A model generated the notes under the pieces. The model made no database searches. It was not told the origin of the DNA and saw nothing but the letters and a program-made list of their open reading frames with translations. A DNA stretch of 64,000 nt from Pristiophorus japonicus (lineage: Eukaryota). Positions 58,155 through 64,000 of the stretch are shown here, in pieces (positions within the stretch are counted from its first letter, which is position 1; every line of letters starts with the position of its first letter). A program made the position numbers and the translations under genes. The stretch covers positions 26,908,001 to 26,972,000 of the forward strand of contig NC_091995.1 in assembly GCF_044704955.1 (NCBI RefSeq). The letters are read 5' to 3'.

Positions 58155-59665
58155 GTGGTACTCAGCAAGATAATGTTAATCCCCTGGACCTGATGGCTTG
58201 CATCCTAGGGTCTTAAGAAGTAGCAGCAGGGATAATGGATGCATTGGTTGTAATTTACCAAAATTCCCTGGATTCTGGGGAGGTCCCAGCAGATTGGAAA
58301 ACTGCAAATGTAATGCCCCTATTTAAAAAAGGGTAGGCAAAAAGCAGGAAACTATAGGCCAGTTAGCCTAACATCTGTGATGGGGAAGATGTTGGAGTCC
58401 ATTATTAAAGAAGCAGTAGTAGGACACTTGGAAAAGCAAAATTCATTCAGGCAGAGCCAGCATGGATTTATGAAGGGGAAGTCATGTTTGACAAATTTGC
58501 TGGAATTCTTTGAGGATGTCACAAATAGGGTGGATAAAGAGGAACCAGTGGACGTGGTGTATTTGGACTTCCAGAAGGCATTTGACAAGGTGCCACATAA
58601 AAGGTTACTGCATAAGATAAACATTCACGGGGTTGGGGGTAATATATTAGCATGGTTAGAGGATTGGTTAATGAACAAAAAAGAGAGTTGGGATAAATGG
58701 TTCATTCTCGGGTTGGCAATCAGTAACCAGTGGGGTGCCACAGGGATCAGTGCTGGGACCCAACTATTTACAATCTATATTAACGACTTGGAGGAAGGGA
58801 CTGAGTGTAATGTAGCCAAGTTTGCCCATGATAAAAAGATGTGAGGAAGACACAAGAAATCTGCAAAAGGACACATACAGGCTAAGTGAGTGGGCAAAAA
58901 TTTGGCAGATGGAGTATAATGTTGGAAAGTGTGAGGTCATGCACTTTGCAGTCTTTCTCCATTTGATTTTTTCTGCCAAAGTGCTGCAGTACAGCGGGAC
59001 CTGGGGGTACTTTTGCATGAAACACAAAAGGGACAGCAAGTGATCAGGAAGGCCAATGGAATCTTGGCCTTTATTGCAAAGAGGATGGAGTATAAAAGCA
59101 GGGAAGTCTTGCTACAGTTGTACAGGCCACACCTGGAATACTGCGTGCAGTTTTGGTTTCCATATTTACGAAAGATATACTTGCTTTGGAGGCAGTTCAG
59201 AGAAAGTTCACAAGGTTGATTCCAGAGATAAGGGGGTTGACTTATGAGGAAAGGTTGAGTAGGTTATGCCTCTACTCATTGGAATTCAGAAGATTGAGAA
59301 GTGATCTTATCGAAATGTATAAGATTATGAGGGAGCTTGACAGGGTGGATACAGAGAGGATGTTTCCACTGATAGGGAAGCCTAGAACTAGAGGGCATAA
59401 TCTTAGAATAAGGGATCGCCCATTTAAAACTGAGATGAGGAGAAATTTCTTCTCTCAGAGGGTTGTGGATCTGTGGAATTCAATGCCTCAGAGAGCTCTG
59501 GAAGCTGGGACATTGAATAAATTTAAAACAGAAATAGACAGTTACTTAAACGATAAGGGAATAAGGGGTTATGGAGAGTGGGGTTATGGAAGTGGACCGG
59601 AGTCCATGATCAGATCAGCCATGTTCGTATTAAATGGCGGAGCAGGCTCGAGGGACCTTATGTTG
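58155..59665 (+). mobile_element. 5'-truncated CR1
   Basis: ORFs 58377..58844 and 59153..59734 (QHGFMKGKSCLTNL, RRNFFSQRVV.LWNS). Confidence 0.9.
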
Positions 59666-60004
59666 TTATGTAAGCCACTGCCAGAGGACACACATCCAAT
59701 AGAAAGAGTGCCATCAGGACCCACCATCGCGTGATTGACACAAAAAGAAAAAAAACGTAACTGAAATTATAACAGGAAACAAATAGAAATTTACAGCATG
59801 TAGATCAGCCCCTGAAAGAGAAAGGTGGACTGCACTAGCCTAGAAACTGAGTTGTAGCGGTGTAGTGCGAGAGGTCTACGGTATAGAGCCTAGTTTCATA
59901 GAATCACACAGCACAATAGGAGGCCATTCAGCCCATTGTGCCTGTGCTGTCTTGTTGAAACAGCAATCGAAATTAATCCCACTCCCATGATCTTTCCCCA
60001 AAAT

Positions 60005-60375
60005 CTAGGCTGACACTTCAGTGCAGTACTGAGGGAGCACTGCACTATTGGAGGTACCATCTTTCGGACGAGACTTTCAATTGAGGCCCAACCTGCCCTC
60101 TCAGGTGGACATAAAAGATCCCATGCCACTATTTTGAAGAAGAGCAGGAGAGTTATCCCCGGTGTCACCCTGGGTCAATATTTATCCCTCAATCAACATA
60201 ACAAAAACAGACTATCTGTCATTATCACATTGCTGTTCGTGGGAGCTTGCTGTGTGCAAATTGGCTGCTATGTTTTCTACAGTGACTACACTCCAAAAGT
60301 TCTTCATTGACTGTAAAGAGCTTTGAGACGTCTGGTGGCGGTGAAAGGTGCTATATAAATCCAAGTCTTTCTTTA
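60005..60375 (+). mobile_element. DeuSINE/SacSINE1-like SINE
   Basis: GTGCAGTACTGAGGGAG..core..GCTATATAAATCCAAGTCTTTC. Confidence 0.85.
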
Positions 60376-62079
60376 TAGTTTTCAAGTAGACATTCAATTG
60401 CCTTTTGAAAGTTACTACTGAATCTGCTTCCACCACCCTTTCAGGCAGTGCATTCCAGATCCTAACCATTTGCTGCCTGAAAAAATATTGTCCTCCCCGG
60501 CCACCATCCGTCCCTCCCTCCCTCCAGTTCTTTTGACAATTATGTTAAATCTGTGTCCTCTGGTTAAAGGCACTCGGGAATCAGGTTCTCCCTAACTACT
60601 TGATCAAAATCCCTCATAATTTTGAACAACGTTTTGAAATCTTCCCCCGAAACCTTTTTGCTTTACCCAGAATAATGGAGTGAGCCTTTAGCTCAGTGGT
60701 GGCATTCCAGCCGCTGAGTCAGAAAGAAGCAGCGTTTAAGCCCCAGTTTCACACAGTCGTGGATACTGGAGCTCTGGCTCAGGATTCAGAAAGCAGCTTT
60801 AAAGCATAAACACAGGAAGTCAGTCCAAGTACAGTAAAAAAAATAGGAGTACAGACAATGTTTTACAGAAATTGGAACTTCCTCTAGAGAATTTGGCCTC
60901 ATTCCGAAACAAAAAAACCTCAGCTGAATATTTTTAAAACAAGTCAGACTCTGTGTTTGATCATTAAACTCACTCTGCCCAAACACTCCACCCTGGGATT
61001 CCCCTCACAGCCAATCCTGATCGATAGCTTTCATCCCAGCGACTGGGTCCGAGCTCCAGAGGCCGACATATTGATGACGAAATTCAACTGCGGGCAGAAC
61101 GTACTGAACCCGCGGTATGAATCACCCGCTGGTTATCCACACCCTTCCATTTGCATTTCCATTGAAGTCACAGGGGGTAAAAATTCATCCCGGGCGCTAA
61201 TGAGCGGAATCGCATCAGACACTCGATATTCAGCTTTATCAAAATCAATGCCACGGAATATCAAGCGGGCCCAAGAAAGGGTGGCCGATTCCATTTTGAG
61301 CAAATGTCTAAGACCAAGAAAGAAAGACTCGAAGCATTGTAATAAAACACCAGAAAAATTACTGCTTCCTGTTGCGCCTGAAAATCTGGCCTTAATTTGA
61401 AGAAAGCATTTCAACAAGTGCAATTGCTGAAACTCATAAATGAGGTTCTGTTAACTTGGGGGGCAGGGGCAGCTTTATGGGCAGAGATGTGTTCAGGCAG
61501 AGGGATCGATAGAAAGCTGTAAAAACTCGAGGAGATTTGGGCTTGAATCACTTACGCCCAAAAGTGCACAATCTTTTAGACCGCATAAATGATTTGCAGC
61601 TCGGTTACACGTATCTCTGGGTGCAAATACGGAGGAATTTTGAGTAAAATCACTCTCTTATTAAACAAAGCATAATCATAAAGCATAATAACTCTGTTAT
61701 GAAACATAAGGCCATCACCCCGTTATTAAACATAACACAATTATGTTATTATTAATAAACATAGAGCAATCACCCTTCTGTTATTAAAATAATCACTGCC
61801 TTGTTTTTGTGGATCTTTGTAGGATTTATCCTGACTGGCCCCAAACCTGTGGCAAAGAAGTCTGCTGATGGTTGCATGCCGCAGCAATTGACCTGTACCT
61901 CAGTGTCTTGTGAAGGTACCCTTCAATCAGACCTGAGCATCAGCCAATAAGAATGCTGTATTTTAAAAATGACCGCATTTATTTTCAGTATAGTAATCAG
62001 GAAAATAGACTTGATCTCATCAGAATTAATCTTCAGTCGTGTTTTACTGCCATATATTGCTGATTCACATTGCAACAGA

Positions 62080-62372
62080 CTATGGGTGTGTTATGAAATG
62101 CATGTTTGAAAAGAAAAAATGTAAATGTACCGTCACCCATTCCGGGCTCTGTATTGTAACACATGAAATGTAATTTGTGTAAATGTACCACAATGTACCC
62201 TGTTTATTGTACTGAATCGCAGTTGAACAGAAAAACGAGAAATGTAACGGAACTGCCGTCAGCACCCAGATGTATTGTATGGGATTGCTGACCGCAGCGA
62301 AATGTAATGAAATGCCATTGAATGTACTGTACAGATTCTTTTTATGAATAAAGTATATTTTGAAAAAAAAAA
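62080..62372 (+). mobile_element. Tx1 3'UTR fragment with poly(A), related to the element at 4906-20570
   Basis: GAACTGCCGTCAGCAC/TC..ATGTATTGTATGG and TATGAATAAA.TATATTTTGAAA match the reverse complement of 4906-5035; 5' boundary approximate. Confidence 0.75.
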
Positions 62373-63152
62373 TGCTGCCTCAGGTAGGAGGTGGGTGGGG
62401 TGGTTTGACCCATCCACCTTCACGGAGGTGTGTGGGGGTGCTGACCCAATCCACCTCCATGGCACGAACCTGGTATTGCAGTACTTCCAGGAATGGTGCA
62501 GTGGCTCTCGGCCTTTTGGCTAAGAGCATTGGCGCAGAGTGATCCTTGATGTGTGCAAGGTGACCTCTGGCGTTTGTGATTTGACAAAGAATTGGAAAGA
62601 TTGGCTACGAAAATTATTTTTAAAAAAAATGCTGCCTCAGGTGGGAAATAGGAGGTGGGTGGGTGGGGTGGATTGACCCATCCACCTCCATGGAGGTGTG
62701 TGGGGGGCCTGACCCATCCACCTCCATGGCACGAACCTGGTATTGCAGTACTTCCAGGAACGGTGCAGTGGCTCTCAGCCTTTTGGCTAAGAGCATTGGC
62801 GCAGAGTGATCCTTGATGTGTGCAAGGTGACCTCTGGCGTTTGTGATTTGACAAAGAATTGGAAAGATTGGCAACGAAAAATTAAAAAAAAACATGCTGC
62901 CTCAGGTGGGTGGGGTGGATTGACCCATCCACCTCCACGGAGGTGTGTGGGGGGCCTGACCCATCCACCTCCATGGCACGAACCTGGTATTGCAGTACTT
63001 CCAGGAACGGTGCAGTGGCTCTAGGCCTTTTGGCTAAGAGCATTGGCGCAGAGTGATCCTTGATGTGTGCAAGGTGACCTCTGGCGTTTGTGATTTGACA
63101 AAGAATTGGAAAGATTGGCAACGAAAAATAAAAAAAAACATGCTGCCTCAGG
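62373..63152 (+). repeat. Three about 250-bp tandem units containing U2 snRNA-derived segments in permuted order (3' part then 5' part)
   Basis: ACCTGGTATTGCAGTACTTCCAGGAA(C/T)GGTGCA resembles the U2 3' stem-loop IV; CTC(G/A)GCCTTTTGGCTAAGA resembles U2 5' stem I. Units start at 62373, 62630 and 62895, each ends A-rich, and a terminal TGCTGCCTCAGG is at 63141. Confidence 0.88.
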
Positions 63153-63199
63153 CTGTACACTCAGCAGGAGGCCCAATGTAGTGAGGGATATACCTGGCC

Positions 63200-64000
63200 A
63201 TGAGTTGACAGATTATGGTGAGATATATATAATTCTACTGCTGCTGATAGCCCACAGTGCCTTTTGAGTTGCTAGATCTCTTCTGAATCTGTCCCATTTA
63301 GCACAGTGGTAGTGCCACACAACACGATGGAGGGTGTTCTCAGTGTGAAGACAGGACTTCACTGATACATTGCTGTCATGGACAGATGTATCTGCGACAG
63401 ATAGATTGATGCAGATGAGGCTAAATAGATTCTTCCAACGTTATTGGTTCTCTCACCACCTGCTACAGGCCCAGTCTGGCAACCATGTCCTTCAAGACTC
63501 GGCCAGCTCGGTCAGTACTGGTGCTACCCAGCCACTCTCAGTGATGGACATTGAAGTCTCCCAGCCAGAGGACATTCTGTGCCCTTGCTACCCTCAGTGC
63601 TTCTTCCAAGTGGTGTTCAACATGGAGGAGTACTGATTCATCAGCTGAGGGAGGAGGGTAGGTGGTAATCAGCAGGAGGTTTCCTTGCCCATGTTTGACT
63701 GAATACCATAAGACATCATGGGGTCCGGAGTCAATGTTGAAGACTCCTAGGGCCACTCCGTCCCGACTACACCATGTGCCACCACGTCTGATGGGACAGG
63801 ATCTACCCAGGGATGGTGATGGCACAATCTGGGACATTGGCTGAAAGGTATGATTCTGTGAGTATGACTATGTCAGGCTGTTGCTTGACTAGTTTGTGGG
63901 ACATCTCTCCCAATTTTGGCACAAGTCCCCAGATGTTCGTGAGGAGGAGTTTTCAGGGTCGAGTATGCCTTTGTCGTGTCTAAAGCCGGTGCTGAGTGGT
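63200..64000 (-). mobile_element. LINE endonuclease-region fragment (HER1/CR1-L2-like)
   Basis: ORF 63538..63837 LLITTY.PP..WLGDFNVHH (APE motif). Confidence 0.7.

Noticed and set aside
60957-61423. ORFs of 147 aa (+) and 96 aa (-) in unique sequence
   Set aside because: No recognisable domain or splice support; it may be promoter or UTR sequence but cannot be supported.
61556-61586. Possible first coding exon (MRSKRLCTFG, phase 1, GTAAGT donor)
   Set aside because: The phase fits, but there is no hydrophobic signal-peptide core and no second leader exon was found; unsupported without RNA data.
62373-63152. Functional U2 snRNA gene cluster
   Set aside because: Segments are in permuted order, and the branch-point pairing region (GTAGTA) and Sm site are absent.

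Overview
Repeat-dense vertebrate genomic DNA, most likely a shark or other chondrichthyan (inferred from the repeat content: CR1 with esterase ORF1, DeuSINE/SacSINE1-like SINEs, Tx1, RTE, Harbinger). One host gene runs on the minus strand. It is a CD2/SLAM/HEPACAM-like Ig-superfamily receptor with exons IgV(34890-35189), IgC2(31068-31337), IgV(28229-28528), IgC2(24278-24547), TM(21312-21398) and a probable cytoplasmic exon (22-95); the V-C2 unit was duplicated within the gene, and the leader exon was not located. Its introns hold two large nested transposon stacks (4892-20584 and about 35540-59670). The main finding is a Tx1-clade retrotransposon system that inserts into one 16-bp site (TTCATGCACAAGGACC) inside CR1 ORF2, antisense to the host. 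Four insertions occur at that site across two loci: two copies retaining both termini, one 100-bp truncated tail, and one 5S-rRNA-headed SINE-like passenger that shares the Tx1 3' stem-loop and AAAAGAGT terminus. A second notable structure is a tandem array of circularly permuted U2 snRNA fragments directly behind a different Tx1 3' tail (62080-63152). All alignments were made by eye and family names were assigned from memory of motifs; no database search was run.
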